Shown: positions 1 to 9,890 of the stretch, piece after piece
Layout: each line of letters begins with the position of its first letter
Numbering within the stretch: position 1 is the stretch's first letter
DNA from: Myxococcota bacterium
Lineage (GTDB): Bacteria; Myxococcota_A; UBA796; UBA2385
Length of the DNA stretch: 64,000 nt
NCBI GenBank assembly: GCA_044344255.1
Contig: JBIJDH010000015.1
Span: 64,001-128,000, forward strand
Direction: 5' to 3'
Made by a program: the position numbers and the translations under genes
Notes under the pieces: generated by a model
Told to the model about the DNA's origin: nothing
Database searches by the model: none
Seen by the model: only the letters and a program-made list of their open reading frames with translations

Positions 1-601
1 CATCTGTGTCGACGGAGATCGCGCGGTCGTCGGGGAGGCCGTCCCAGCGGGTTAGGACGCGGAGCCCTTCGCCCTTGGCCTCGAGCGCGACGAGGCCCCC
101 CCCGAGGCTGCTCGCCCAGGCGCCGCCGCTGGTGGGATCGGCGACGATCTGCCCGACGTCCTCGGCGAGGATGGCGGCCTGGCCGCCCGCGGCGAGGCGG
201 GCGAGGTCGGCGGGGCTCGACCAGGGGTCGGGAGAGACCGGCTCGCTCCAGCGGCCGCTGGGCCCGAGGCGGACCCGGAAGCGCACGTCGCGCTCGACCG
301 CCGCGCTCTGCCAGCCCGGGCGCGCCGACTCCGCGACGAGGCGACTGCCGCGCGCGTCGATCTGCTCGATGTCGGCCGGGGGGCCTCCCTCGTCCCAATA
401 GAGGCGAACGGGGCGGGCCTCCCGGCGCAGGTCGGCCCAGCGCTCGGGCGGGGCGCGGACGGCGCGGAGCTGCTCCGGGCGCGACCAGGCGTCCTCCGCC
501 CGGGCGGGCGCAGTGCAGAGCAGCGGGGAGAGCAGCGGGGCGAGGAGCGCGCAGAGCGCGAGCCGGCGGAGCGCGGAGACGGGCGGCGAGGGGGGCGTCA
601 A
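1..601 (-). CDS. Secreted protein, possibly ligand-binding beta-propeller (partial, runs off left edge)
   Basis: Manual translation: TTG at 601 overlaps the upstream TGA (TTGA). Signal-peptide-like LRRLALCALLAPLL...APARA is followed by ...GGAWASSLGGGLVAL...LTRWDGLPDDRAISVD, which resembles two-component-regulator propeller repeats. Not in the ORF track. Confidence 0.6.
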   Translation of the reverse strand, partial: MTPPSPPVSALRRLALCALLAPLLSPLLCTAPARAEDAWSRPEQLRAVRAPPERWADLRREARPVRLYWDEGGPPADIEQIDARGSRLVAESARPGWQSAAVERDVRFRVRLGPSGRWSEPVSPDPWSSPADLARLAAGGQAAILAEDVGQIVADPTSGGAWASSLGGGLVALEAKGEGLRVLTRWDGLPDDRAISVDTD

Positions 602-1845
602 AGCTGCTCGATCTCCACCTTGTATCGCTCGGCTTGTCGGGCGAGGGGGCCGAGCTCCCCCTCCAGCCGGAGGGCGTCCTTCGGACAGACCCACCAGCAA
701 TAGAGACAGGTGATGCAGCGGCTGGGATCGACCGTGTGGCCGATCTCGGCGAGCGGGAGGCTCGTCGGACAGAAGTCGACACACTTCACGCAGTCACCGC
801 AGCGGCGGTCGTCGCGGTGCAGCGCGGTGAGGCTGTCGTCCTGGCGGCTATAAACGTCCTGGATCACGCCCAGCCGATAGGCCAGCGCCGTGACCTCGGG
901 CCGCTCGGTGATCGGCCGGGCGGCGATCTTCAGCCACTCGAGGGCCCGGTGGTCGGCCATGCGGGCGAGGGCGCCGCGGGCGGGGGCCGGGCGGACCGCC
1001 CGCAGGCGGGGGACCTCGGCGGTGACGGCGTCGAGCAGCGCCTGATCGAGGCGGCCGGCCTCTTCGGCGTGGCCGAGGTAGGGCATGGCGCGCGGGGAGA
1101 GGCCGATGAGCTGGCAGACGACGACATCATTGACGATGGCGTGGTCGCTCATCAGGAGCTGACCCAGCCGATAGGGTGAGCCGTCGCCGGGGCCGTTGCC
1201 CTCCATGCCGACGAGGCCGTCCACCAGCACCAGATCGGGGGTGACGACCTCGTTGAGCGCGAAGATGTTGCGGCCGAGGTCACGGTGCATGTGCCGCTTG
1301 TCTTGCCCGCGGGTGATGCCCACCCAGTTCTTCATGGCGCAGGACAGGCCGGCCTCGACGTGCGTCTTCACCTTGGGGAGGCTGATCAGGAAGTCGGCGT
1401 CGAGCACGGTGACGGCGACCTGTGGGTGGGCGCCCCCGTGCAGCACCACCATCCGGCCCGCGTCGTGGTTGAGGTCGACCGTGCGCACGCCGTGTCGGTC
1501 ACAGAGCGGCCGCACCCGCAGACGCTCGAGGGTGTTGATGCCGCGCCGCTCGACCCCCACGTTCGAGCCGTCGGCCACGGTGAGGTCGGTGTAGCCGCGG
1601 GCGCGGAGCTCCGTGAGCAGGGCGTCGAGCACGCGCAGATCGACAGAGTTGCCGGTGAGGGCGACGAGGTCATTGTTCAGGTTGGGCTTGATCACCACCC
1701 GGGCCGCGCGGTCAACGGGCAGCCGGTGCTCAAAGTGACGCAGCAGCGCGCCCACCGCCGCCCGGATCTCCGCGCCGGTCCAGGCGGGGCAGAGGGCGAC
1801 CTCCGCTTCGCCGATCGCCGGGCTCCGGAAGCGCCAGGCACGCAT
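598..1845 (-). CDS. DUF362 domain protein with C-terminal 2x[4Fe-4S] ferredoxin domain
   Basis: VVIKPN, LPKVKTH, MKNWVG and DGLVGMEGNGP motifs; CGDCVKCVDFCP and CITCLYCWWVCP. Confidence 0.85.
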   Translation of the reverse strand: MRAWRFRSPAIGEAEVALCPAWTGAEIRAAVGALLRHFEHRLPVDRAARVVIKPNLNNDLVALTGNSVDLRVLDALLTELRARGYTDLTVADGSNVGVERRGINTLERLRVRPLCDRHGVRTVDLNHDAGRMVVLHGGAHPQVAVTVLDADFLISLPKVKTHVEAGLSCAMKNWVGITRGQDKRHMHRDLGRNIFALNEVVTPDLVLVDGLVGMEGNGPGDGSPYRLGQLLMSDHAIVNDVVVCQLIGLSPRAMPYLGHAEEAGRLDQALLDAVTAEVPRLRAVRPAPARGALARMADHRALEWLKIAARPITERPEVTALAYRLGVIQDVYSRQDDSLTALHRDDRRCGDCVKCVDFCPTSLPLAEIGHTVDPSRCITCLYCWWVCPKDALRLEGELGPLARQAERYKVEIEQL

Positions 1846-1851
1846 CCGGGG

Positions 1852-2439
1852 CTAGCTCGGATCCGGCAGCAGGCCGAGGCCGATGAGATCGGGGCAGGGG
1901 GCGTAACAGTGGGCGTCGGGGAGCTCCGGGTTTCCGATGCAGACCGCCCCTGCAGGGCAGATGGCCCCCTCCACATCGACACAGTTGGGCAGACAGAACG
2001 AACGCCCCGACTTGTCGAGCGGCGGGCACCAGGCGTCGGCCCCGCAGCCCCCCTCGAGGGTGGGGTCACACTCGGGGGCGCAGAAGGGGCCCGTCGCGGG
2101 CGCACAGACGCCGCTGCCGAGGTCACAGACCTCGCCGAGCGCGCAGTCCGCCTGGGTGTCGGTGCAGAGCGAGGTCACGCAGGCGCCGACCGTCGCGTCA
2201 CAGTGCTGGCCGGCGTCGCAGTCGTCGTCGTCGTTGCAGCCCTCTACGCAGCTATAGGATTTCGAGCTGCACATCTGGCCGAAGCTGCACTGTTCGTCTT
2301 GGAGGCAGTCCACCGCGCCACAGCTCCCGTCGCGGCAGCCCTCGCCGGGGGTGCAGTCGCCGTGGTCGACACACTCGGTCTCGGCGGGGGCGCCCTTCTG
2401 ACAGGCGAGGAGCGTGAGCAGGGAGAAGAGTACGATCAC
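1852..2439 (-). CDS. Cysteine-rich repeat lipoprotein
   Basis: Lipobox LLAC followed by repeated C-x4-DC-x2-G-x2-C units. Confidence 0.75.
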   Translation of the reverse strand: MIVLFSLLTLLACQKGAPAETECVDHGDCTPGEGCRDGSCGAVDCLQDEQCSFGQMCSSKSYSCVEGCNDDDDCDAGQHCDATVGACVTSLCTDTQADCALGEVCDLGSGVCAPATGPFCAPECDPTLEGGCGADAWCPPLDKSGRSFCLPNCVDVEGAICPAGAVCIGNPELPDAHCYAPCPDLIGLGLLPDPS

Positions 2440-2441
2440 GG

Positions 2442-3443
2442 TCAGCCCCTGCAGAAGGTGTCGGCGGCGCCGCTGCCTTCATTGTAGCGGACGACGATCC
2501 GGCTGCCGAGGGGCGGCACCGTCTCGGTCGAGAAGACGATGAGGCCGGTCTCGACGCCGTTGTACATACCGAGCTCGTACTCCCAGATGTTGTCCTTGCA
2601 GTCCACCTTCTGGTCGTCAATGAGCACGACGATGCTGTTGGCATCGGGCTTACGCGACATGTAGAAGGTGGTGTTCAATCGGCTGATCGACTGGGAGATC
2701 TTGGTGACGATGGGCCCGAAGTCCTCGGCGCAGAGGTCTTCCGAGACGCCGCCGGTGCGCTCGGCCATCGCCATGTAGCGCGAGCCGATCGAGGACTCGT
2801 TGGTGCCCTCGCCGCAGCCGGCGTCGTCTTGTACGACCAGGGCCGAGGCGTTGAAGCCCTTGCGGGAGAAGGGCTTGAGATCGCGCAGATCGGCGATGTA
2901 GTCGTTGACCGAGAAGGGCGAGCTGTCCTCCTCGTCGGTCACGAAGACGGTGCTCAGGAAGGCCTCGGGGCGGAGGAAGTCTGCGTTCTGCGCCGAGAGG
3001 CTGGGATCGACCAGGGCCTCCCAGGCAGCGTGGAGCCCCATCTCGGCCCCGGAGCCCTCGATGCCCAGCGTCACCATCTCGGCGAAGACGGCCTCGGCGT
3101 CTTCGGTGTCGTTGGTGACGCGGGCGTCAGAGACGCGGCCGTGCCCTTCGGAGATGACGTCGGTGGAGGTGACCGCGATCTGGTAGTCCATCTCGGCGGC
3201 GATGAACCAGGTGAGGAAGGCCGCGAGGTTCTGACCGAGCTTCTCCTGGTACGGGCCCATCGAGTGGGAGTTGTCGACCACGATGAGCACGTCGACCGGG
3301 ACCTCGGGCTCCTGCGCGAAGACATCGACCACCTCGAACTCGTGGTAGGCGTAGTCTTGACACCCCACCCCGCCCGCGGCGAGGGCGGCGGCGAGGAAGG
3401 TGCCCGCCCGGGCGGCGGTGGGGCGCGTGCGGAGGGGGCGCAT
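2442..3443 (-). CDS. vWA-domain lipoprotein (myxobacterial type)
   Basis: ATG at 3443; lipobox GVGC; MIDAS DVLIVVDNSHSM; FLRPEA and VTDEEDSS motifs. The longer ORF-track start overlaps plsY antisense. Confidence 0.8.
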   Translation of the reverse strand: MRPLRTRPTAARAGTFLAAALAAGGVGCQDYAYHEFEVVDVFAQEPEVPVDVLIVVDNSHSMGPYQEKLGQNLAAFLTWFIAAEMDYQIAVTSTDVISEGHGRVSDARVTNDTEDAEAVFAEMVTLGIEGSGAEMGLHAAWEALVDPSLSAQNADFLRPEAFLSTVFVTDEEDSSPFSVNDYIADLRDLKPFSRKGFNASALVVQDDAGCGEGTNESSIGSRYMAMAERTGGVSEDLCAEDFGPIVTKISQSISRLNTTFYMSRKPDANSIVVLIDDQKVDCKDNIWEYELGMYNGVETGLIVFSTETVPPLGSRIVVRYNEGSGAADTFCRG

Positions 3444-3539
3444 GCGGAGGCGGCTGGGGCGAGGCTGACTTGGATGCACCTGGGACTCCGGGCTACACAG
3501 CGTCGTAACCTCCGCGTCGCCGGCCGGCCCGAGGCGCCC

Positions 3540-4175
3540 ATGACCCCCGCCCTCGTGCTGCTCGCGGCCTACCTCATCGGGGCCTTCCCCACGAGCTACC
3601 TCGTCGGGCGGCTCGTCCGCGGCATCGACCTCCGCGAGCACGGCAGCGGGAACCTCGGCGCCACCAACGTCTATCGGCTGATGGGCCTCCGTTGGGCCCT
3701 GCCGGTGGCCCTCGTCGACATGGCCAAGGGCGCGGCCCCGGTGCTGCTGCTCGCCCCGCTGGCCTCCGCCGAGCGGCCCTTCGCCCTGCTCGTGGGCCTC
3801 GTCGCGGTGGTCGGTCACTCCGCCTCGGTCTTCGTTCGATTTCGCGGCGGGAAGGGCGTCGCCACCGGGGCCGGCGTCATCCTCGCCCTCGCCCCGGCGG
3901 CCGCTGCCTTCAGCCTCGCCCTGTGGGTCGGGGTGGTGCGCCTCAGCGGCCTCGCGTCGCTGGGCTCGATCCTCGCCGCCCTGCTGTTGCCGGCGCTCGT
4001 CGCCGCCTGGTACCCCGAGGCCCCCGAGACGCTCGGCCTGACCGCGCTGCTCTCCGCCTTTGTGCTCTTCCGCCACCGCTCGAACATGGTCCGCCTCTAC
4101 CGGGGTACGGAGCACCGCGCCGCCCGCACGGACCCTCGGCCGGGAGCGGATCGGCCGCCCCCGCCTCTGTCATGA
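3540..4175 (+). CDS. plsY: Glycerol-3-phosphate 1-O-acyltransferase PlsY
   Basis: YLIGAFP, DLREHGSGNLGATN, DMAKG, GH, FRGGKGVAT and HRSN motifs. Confidence 0.95.
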   Translation: MTPALVLLAAYLIGAFPTSYLVGRLVRGIDLREHGSGNLGATNVYRLMGLRWALPVALVDMAKGAAPVLLLAPLASAERPFALLVGLVAVVGHSASVFVRFRGGKGVATGAGVILALAPAAAAFSLALWVGVVRLSGLASLGSILAALLLPALVAAWYPEAPETLGLTALLSAFVLFRHRSNMVRLYRGTEHRAARTDPRPGADRPPPPLS

Positions 4176-4200
4176 TGGGGCCCACAACGCCGAGGTCAGC

Positions 4201-6075
4201 ATGGGCTGGACGGGACCCTTCATCGCCATCACCCTCGAGTCGACCGTGCCCTTGGCGCCGCTCGACCTCACCTCCACCAGCACCACGGTGGTCGAGACGG
4301 GGGCCGGGCTCACGCTGCGCATGATGGGGGTGCCCTCGGCGGCCCTCGACCGCGCCGCGGGCCGACAGGGCCTCTTCCGAGCGGACACGCCGATCTGCAC
4401 CGAGCACAGCGCGCAGCAGGGCCACATCACCTGGCTCGGCTCGGCGGCCCGCGAGGGGGAGCCCTTCAGCCTGCGGGTCTTGGTGCCCTCTCCGCCCCCG
4501 AGCCCGACGGGGGGCCGCCCGCCCGGGGGCCCACCCGAGGGAGGGCCGCCCGGGAGGGGCCCCGAGGGGCGGCCGACCCCACCGCCGCCGGGGAACGACG
4601 GGAAGGGCACGCCGCCGCCGCCGGGGAGCGACGGGGGGACCCGCCCCCCGCCGGGGCAGGACGGGCGGGGGAAGCCACCGCCGCCGGGGAATGACGGCCG
4701 GGGCACGCCGCCGACGCCCGGGCTGGACAGCCGTGGCCTCCCGCCGCCGCCGGGGAGTGACGGTCGGGGTACGCCTCCTCCACCCGGCGGCGCCGGAGTC
4801 ACCGGCGGCGGTGAGCGTCGCCCCTCTCCGCTGCAGGCGACCTGTGTGCCCGACATGCGCCTCGTCCAGGGCTGGACCTACGAGCAGCGCCGCGCCTATC
4901 GGGGGCGCTGGCTCCCCTGGCGGAGCGACGACACCGTCACGGCCGACATGCGGGTAGTCTACAAGGACGCTGACGTGGTGCGGCTCCCCGGCGAGGAAGG
5001 CTGGCTGCTGGTCTTGAACCGGATGCGGGTGCTGAGCGAGGACGCGGCACCGCCGGCCCGCGGAGACACGGGGCAGGAGGCCGGGAAGCCGATGGGCGGC
5101 GGGCCTCCGACGAGCGGCGGTCCTCCGACGAGCGGCGGGCCTCCGACGAGCGGCGGGCCGCCGGGCGGCGGCGCGGGGCTCAACCCCGAGAACACGCTCT
5201 CCGACGTGATCGTATGGTGGTCGAAGACGCCCGACTTCGCCGGATACTCGGTCTTCGGGCCGATGCTGGCGGTGGACTCCCTCGACGCCCAGCGCGGCGC
5301 GGCGGCCCGGGCCTGGCTCGGCGTGCCTGCAGGGGTCACCGGCGTCACCGACCACCCCGACGAGCTGCTGGTCTACTACGTCGTCGAGGCGCCGCCCCAG
5401 CCCTATGTCGATGCGGCCAAGGGGTATGACCCCACGGAGCTCGACCTCGGCGTCTCGGTCAAGCGCGTGTCGCTGCGGCACCTCCAAGGGGCGGTCTCTG
5501 TCGAGGCGGGCGGCGGTCGCGGCCCGGGCTCCACCGCCGAGGCGACCTGGACAGACAAGGACGCGCTCCGCGGGGACCTCCTCGGCGGGGTCCGGGTGTG
5601 GATGGCGGAGCCCGGACAGGCCGGTGCGGTGCGCCCCTTCGAAGGGCCCGGCGAGGCCCCGGTGCGGATGGTGGATCCCAACCCCGTCACCTGCGAGGGC
5701 GCGCTGCACCTCTGGTTCAGCCGCCTCCGCCGCGGGCCGCCCAACGGCCAGCCCCCCTCCCCGAGCGAGGGCCTCTGGCACGCCGCCGCCCTTCCCGAGG
5801 GCCTGCCCCTCACCGACACCGCGACCGGGCGGCGCTTCAAGGTGGAGCACGGGGTCGACTTCATCGTCGCGCCCCCCGGCGCCGACGGGCGCTCGGCCAA
5901 CCAGGTCGGGCCAGAGGGCGGCGCGGATCGGCTCTTCATTGACCCCGATCCCGTGCGGCTCCCCGACGGGCGCTGGTTCGTCTACACGGGCTCCCTCGAC
6001 CGCGGCGGCTTCTACCGCTTCGAGGGCACCGACGCCGAGGCCTGCCCCGCCTGGCGGGCGGCCTGGGGGAGCTGA
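4201..6075 (+). CDS. Hypothetical protein with Pro/Gly-rich tandem repeats
   Basis: Long ORF with GC-rich third positions; ATG at 4201 just after the plsY stop; internal PPPPGxDGxGx and GGPPTS repeats. Confidence 0.7.
   Translation: MGWTGPFIAITLESTVPLAPLDLTSTSTTVVETGAGLTLRMMGVPSAALDRAAGRQGLFRADTPICTEHSAQQGHITWLGSAAREGEPFSLRVLVPSPPPSPTGGRPPGGPPEGGPPGRGPEGRPTPPPPGNDGKGTPPPPGSDGGTRPPPGQDGRGKPPPPGNDGRGTPPTPGLDSRGLPPPPGSDGRGTPPPPGGAGVTGGGERRPSPLQATCVPDMRLVQGWTYEQRRAYRGRWLPWRSDDTVTADMRVVYKDADVVRLPGEEGWLLVLNRMRVLSEDAAPPARGDTGQEAGKPMGGGPPTSGGPPTSGGPPTSGGPPGGGAGLNPENTLSDVIVWWSKTPDFAGYSVFGPMLAVDSLDAQRGAAARAWLGVPAGVTGVTDHPDELLVYYVVEAPPQPYVDAAKGYDPTELDLGVSVKRVSLRHLQGAVSVEAGGGRGPGSTAEATWTDKDALRGDLLGGVRVWMAEPGQAGAVRPFEGPGEAPVRMVDPNPVTCEGALHLWFSRLRRGPPNGQPPSPSEGLWHAAALPEGLPLTDTATGRRFKVEHGVDFIVAPPGADGRSANQVGPEGGADRLFIDPDPVRLPDGRWFVYTGSLDRGGFYRFEGTDAEACPAWRAAWGS
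4579..4794 (+). repeat. Coding tandem repeat, about 6.5 units of 30-33 bp (PPPPG-x-DG-x-G-x)
   Basis: PPPPGNDGKGT / PPPPGSDGGT / RPPPGQDGRGK / PPPPGNDGRGT / PPTPGLDSRGL / PPPPGSDGRGT / PPPPGG. Confidence 0.9.
5098..5163 (+). repeat. Coding 18-bp tandem repeat, 3 units plus a partial (GGPPTS)
   Basis: ggcggKcctccgacgagc repeated. Confidence 0.9.
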
Positions 6076-6078
6076 GGG

Positions 6079-6915
6079 TCAGCCCCCGAGCTTGAGGCCG
6101 ATGCTGTAGCCGGACTCCTCGCCGTAGGGCGTGATCTGGAGCACATAGTCGAGGCTCACGGCCGCCGCGCCGACGTCGACCGAGACGCCGGTGAGCCAGG
6201 CGAATTCGTGGCCGAAGCCGAAGCGCTCCTGTTGGGACCAGGCCACCGTCTGGCCCTCCCCGCTGAAGTACCAGGAGGGCTGGAGGCCGCCGTAGACCAT
6301 GAACTGCGGCACGCCGATGCGGGCGATGAGGGGCACGGCCATGCCCGTGGTGGCGTCGAGCTCGTAGCCGCCCACCTTGTACTTCTGCCAGAAGATGTCG
6401 GGGCCGACGGTGGCGCCGATGAACTTGTACCAAGGGCCGATGAAGTTGCCGACCCGCACCTCGGGCCCGGAGATGCCGCTCCCGAAGAAGTAGAGCCCCT
6501 TCACGCGGCCGACGCCGGTGAGGAAGGGGTCGGGCTTCTCCTGCCAGTAGCGGAGGCCCACCTGGCCGCCGAGGCCGACCGAGACGAGGGCCGAACCGTC
6601 GCTGGCGCCCAGCACGCTGGCCTCGACCGCGGGGGCCAGGATCGGCTCCTTGCCCCAGGGGACCTTGGCCGCAGGCGGGCCGGACTCACCGCGGTCGTCT
6701 TTGTCGTCGTCTTTGTCGTCGTCTTTGTCGTCGTCTTTGTCGTCGTCTTTGTCGTCGTCTTTGTCGTCGTCTTTGTCGTCGTCCTCTTCCTCTGCGCCGT
6801 CGTCATCCCCCTCGGCGGCCTGGGCCTGCGCGGGGGAGGGGGCGAGGGCCAGGCCGAGGGCGAGCAGCGGGAGGAGGGCGGCCAGGGCGGGGGAGTCGGA
6901 GAGTCGGGCGCGCAT
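6079..6915 (-). CDS. Secreted protein, probably an outer-membrane beta-barrel, with an acidic repeat linker
   Basis: Signal peptide ending AQA; (DDDK)7 tract; amphipathic beta-strands ending YSIGLKLGG. Confidence 0.7.
   Translation of the reverse strand: MRARLSDSPALAALLPLLALGLALAPSPAQAQAAEGDDDGAEEEDDDKDDDKDDDKDDDKDDDKDDDKDDDKDDRGESGPPAAKVPWGKEPILAPAVEASVLGASDGSALVSVGLGGQVGLRYWQEKPDPFLTGVGRVKGLYFFGSGISGPEVRVGNFIGPWYKFIGATVGPDIFWQKYKVGGYELDATTGMAVPLIARIGVPQFMVYGGLQPSWYFSGEGQTVAWSQQERFGFGHEFAWLTGVSVDVGAAAVSLDYVLQITPYGEESGYSIGLKLGG
6694..6783. repeat. Perfect 12-bp tandem repeat x7 (gtcgtctttgtc), encoding DDDK
   Basis: Directly visible in the sequence. Confidence 0.95.
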
Positions 6916-6933
6916 GGCACCTCCGGTAGGCGA

Positions 6934-7767
6934 TTAGGGCTTCTTCAGCGATTCGGGGCGGGCCCGACGGACCCGCGACGTGGCCTTGGGGAGAGCCCGT
7001 TGATCCTGGGCCTCGAGCAGCTTCAAGGTGGCGGCAGCGGCCTCGGCCTCTCCCCGCCAGGCCTGGGCCTCGGCGAGCAGCACGAGCCCCTCTTTGGCGG
7101 CCTCGCTGCCGGCGTGGTCGGCCTGGAGGCCCTGCGCGCGACCCTCGACCGCCGTCCACGCCTTGCGGTTGCGGTAGAAGCGGGCGACCACCAGCTCTTT
7201 CTTGGCGAGGCGCTCCTTACACTCCGTGTACTTCTCGGCGACATCGGCCTTGTGCGCGCTGTCGGGGAAGCGGGTGTCGAAGTTCGACCAGGTGTTGACC
7301 GCTTGGCGGGTCCAGGTCTGGTCGCGGCCGGCGGCGCGGGGGGCCTTCTTGTACACGCTCATCCCGATGCGGAACACGACGTAGTCGAGCTCAGCGTTTC
7401 GGGGGTGCATCCGCATGAAGTCCTCGTACGCGAGGCGAGCCTGGTCCCACTCGGCCTTCTTGTAGTAGACGTCGGCGATGGCGAGCTCGGCCTTGATCGC
7501 GTAGGGGTCGTCCCGGTGATAGTTCCGGATCCGATTGAATTCTTCGAGGGCCTTGACGTAATATCCCCGCTTCAGGTAGCGGAGGCCGAGGTTGTATTGC
7601 TCCTCCACGCTGAGCTGCTTTCGAGCCGCCTGAGCTTCTCCCTCGCTCCAGGACAGGCCTGCGAACACGAGGATGAGGAGGAGGCAGGCCCGGCGGGCCC
7701 AGGACGCCTTGGGTGCGGAGGCGGCGGTTCGAAGTTCGGCGGTTCGATGGGCGGCGAGGCGGGTCAT
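6934..7767 (-). CDS. bamD: Outer membrane protein assembly factor BamD
   Basis: TPR pattern, YEDFMRMHP, RDQTWTRQA, RFPDS, LAKKELVVARFY. Start uncertain. Confidence 0.88.
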   Translation of the reverse strand: MTRLAAHRTAELRTAASAPKASWARRACLLLILVFAGLSWSEGEAQAARKQLSVEEQYNLGLRYLKRGYYVKALEEFNRIRNYHRDDPYAIKAELAIADVYYKKAEWDQARLAYEDFMRMHPRNAELDYVVFRIGMSVYKKAPRAAGRDQTWTRQAVNTWSNFDTRFPDSAHKADVAEKYTECKERLAKKELVVARFYRNRKAWTAVEGRAQGLQADHAGSEAAKEGLVLLAEAQAWRGEAEAAAATLKLLEAQDQRALPKATSRVRRARPESLKKP

Positions 7768-7922
7768 GGGGCACTCGTAGCGCGGGGTGGGGACCTCTTG
7801 CAAGCCTCGGGGCGACTCGAACAAGGCGGAGGGGGGGCGTTGCCGAGCCGGAACCGGCGCCTATGTGTTCGGGCGGGCCCAGCTCGGCGCCCTCGCTCCA
7901 CCGCACACCCGCCCAACCTCGA

Positions 7923-9323
7923 ATGAAACGGCCGGCGCTCCTCCTCTCCCTCGTCTCCGTCGGCTTCCTGGTCGGGGTGGCGACCTCGGTCGCGTTCGAC
8001 GCCCAGAGCTCGAACGCCGAACGAGGCGCCGGCGGCACGCCCGAGGCACCGCACCCCGAGGAATTGACGCCCGAGAGCCCTGACCTCCCGTTCAACCCGG
8101 TCCAGGCCCCGATGGGGACGGTCGACCCCATCCGCCGAACGCCGGTGGTGGAGGCCGTGGAGCGGGTCGCCCCGGCCGTGGTCTCCATCACCACCGAGGT
8201 GCCGGTGCAGGACCCCTTCCGGGTCTTCGCCACCGGCCAGAAGAGCGAGTCCTCGGAGGGCTCGGGCGTCGTGATCGCCGCCGACGGCGTGGTCCTCACA
8301 AATTCCCACGTGGTGGAGAGCGCGAGCCGCATCAAGGCCACCTTCGCCGATGGCAAGAGCTACGAGGCCGACGTGCTCGGCCTCTCCCCCGAGCTTGACC
8401 TCGCCGTGCTCCGCCTGCGCGGGGCCAAGGGGCTCACCGCCGTCCCCATCGGCACCAGCGCTGACCTCATGCTCGGGGAGCCGGTGATCGTCATCGGCAA
8501 CCCCTTTGGCCTCGGCCACACCGTCACGACCGGCGTGGTGAGCGCCCTCGAGCGGCCGATCGAGACCGATCGGCGGGTCTACCAGGACTTCATCCAGACC
8601 GACGCCGGCATCAACCCCGGCAACTCGGGCGGGCCGCTGCTCAACGCCCGCGGGTCGCTGGTGGGCGTCACCACGGCCATCCGTCCGGACGCCGAGAACA
8701 TCGGCTTCGCCATCCCGGTGGATCGGGCGATGAAGGTGGCCCGCGACCTCGTCGCCTACGGCACGGTGCAGGTGCCCTGGCTGGGCGTTGACCTCGAAGA
8801 CATCCGCTTCCTCGACGGCCAGCGCCGCACGACGGCCGCCCGGGTGGTGCGCGTCCACCCCGACGGTCCGGCCCTCAAGGCGGGCATCCAGGCCGGTGAC
8901 GTCGTGATCGGCGCCGACGGCAAGACCGTCCAGGGGCGCGGCGACCTCAACACCTTCTTGGCGGCCTTCGACAGTGACCGCGAGCTCCACCTCCAGGTCG
9001 CGCGCGGCGACCGACGCATCGAGGCCGCGGTGCGCACGGGCCACCTGCCCGAGTCGGTGGTCGACGCCGCCATCCGCGAGGGGCTCGGCGTCGAGCTCGC
9101 CGACGACCAGGGTGTGGTCGTGCGGCGGGTCCTCGATCAAGGCGGCTTCTCCCGCATCGGCGGGCAGGCCGGAGATCGCATCATCGCCGTCAACGGACTG
9201 GCGGTGCGTGATGTCGCCGCCTTCCGTGCGGCCGTCCTGCGGGTCAAGAGCGGCCACCGCCCCGAGGCGCTGTTCACCATCCGCCGCGGCGACCGCCAGG
9301 CCTCGCTCACCCTCTCGCTCTGA
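7923..9323 (+). CDS. HtrA/DegP-like trypsin serine protease with two PDZ domains
   Basis: GSGV, LTNSHVV, DLAVL, IQTDAGINPGNSGGPL and PDZ motifs. Confidence 0.93.
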   Translation: MKRPALLLSLVSVGFLVGVATSVAFDAQSSNAERGAGGTPEAPHPEELTPESPDLPFNPVQAPMGTVDPIRRTPVVEAVERVAPAVVSITTEVPVQDPFRVFATGQKSESSEGSGVVIAADGVVLTNSHVVESASRIKATFADGKSYEADVLGLSPELDLAVLRLRGAKGLTAVPIGTSADLMLGEPVIVIGNPFGLGHTVTTGVVSALERPIETDRRVYQDFIQTDAGINPGNSGGPLLNARGSLVGVTTAIRPDAENIGFAIPVDRAMKVARDLVAYGTVQVPWLGVDLEDIRFLDGQRRTTAARVVRVHPDGPALKAGIQAGDVVIGADGKTVQGRGDLNTFLAAFDSDRELHLQVARGDRRIEAAVRTGHLPESVVDAAIREGLGVELADDQGVVVRRVLDQGGFSRIGGQAGDRIIAVNGLAVRDVAAFRAAVLRVKSGHRPEALFTIRRGDRQASLTLSL

Positions 9324-9428
9324 GCGAGGCGGGCCCCACCCGCCGCCTCCCGCTCCGCGCTCACCTCTCTTCCTCGACGAATCTTCCTCGACGAACCCTC
9401 GCACCCACCCTCCCAAACCGGAGCCCTC

Positions 9429-9734
9429 ATGGACAGCTCGACCCCCCCGCCCAGCGGACTCTGCGGGGAGGGGCTGCCCTGCAGCTTCTCCCAATTCCTC
9501 GTCAGCATCGGCAGCTCGGCCCTGGTCCACCTCGGTGAGCTCGCCGATCCCGGCACGGGCCGCAAGGAGCGTGACCTGCCGGTCGCCTTGCACTCGATCA
9601 AGGTGCTGGAGCTGCTCCGCACGAAGACCAAGGGCAACCTCGAAGACGGTGAGGCCAAGCTGTTGGACGCCCTGATCGGAGATCTCAGCCAGAAGTACGA
9701 GGCGGGCCGCGCCGCGCCGACCACGGCAGGCTGA
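9429..9734 (+). CDS. DUF1844 family protein
   Basis: FSQFLVS...ALVHLGE...L..KTKGNL..E..LL pattern. Confidence 0.85.
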   Translation: MDSSTPPPSGLCGEGLPCSFSQFLVSIGSSALVHLGELADPGTGRKERDLPVALHSIKVLELLRTKTKGNLEDGEAKLLDALIGDLSQKYEAGRAAPTTAG

Positions 9735-9825
9735 CCGGTCCCGCGCAGCGCAGGGCGTGACCCCCGGGGGGATCTCGGGCGGGCCGCTCGCCGGTGGCCC
9801 GTGGAGGTCGGCGGGAGCGTAGCCG

Positions 9826-9855
9826 TTGACAGGGCCGGGAGCTTCGGGCTACCAT
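9826..9855 (+). promoter_or_regulatory. Sigma70-type promoter
   Basis: TTGACA-N18-TACCAT about 35 nt upstream of ATG 9891, which has an AGGA RBS. Confidence 0.6.
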
Positions 9856-9890
9856 CCGCCGGCTCGGCCCCTTCGACGGAGAAGACAGGA

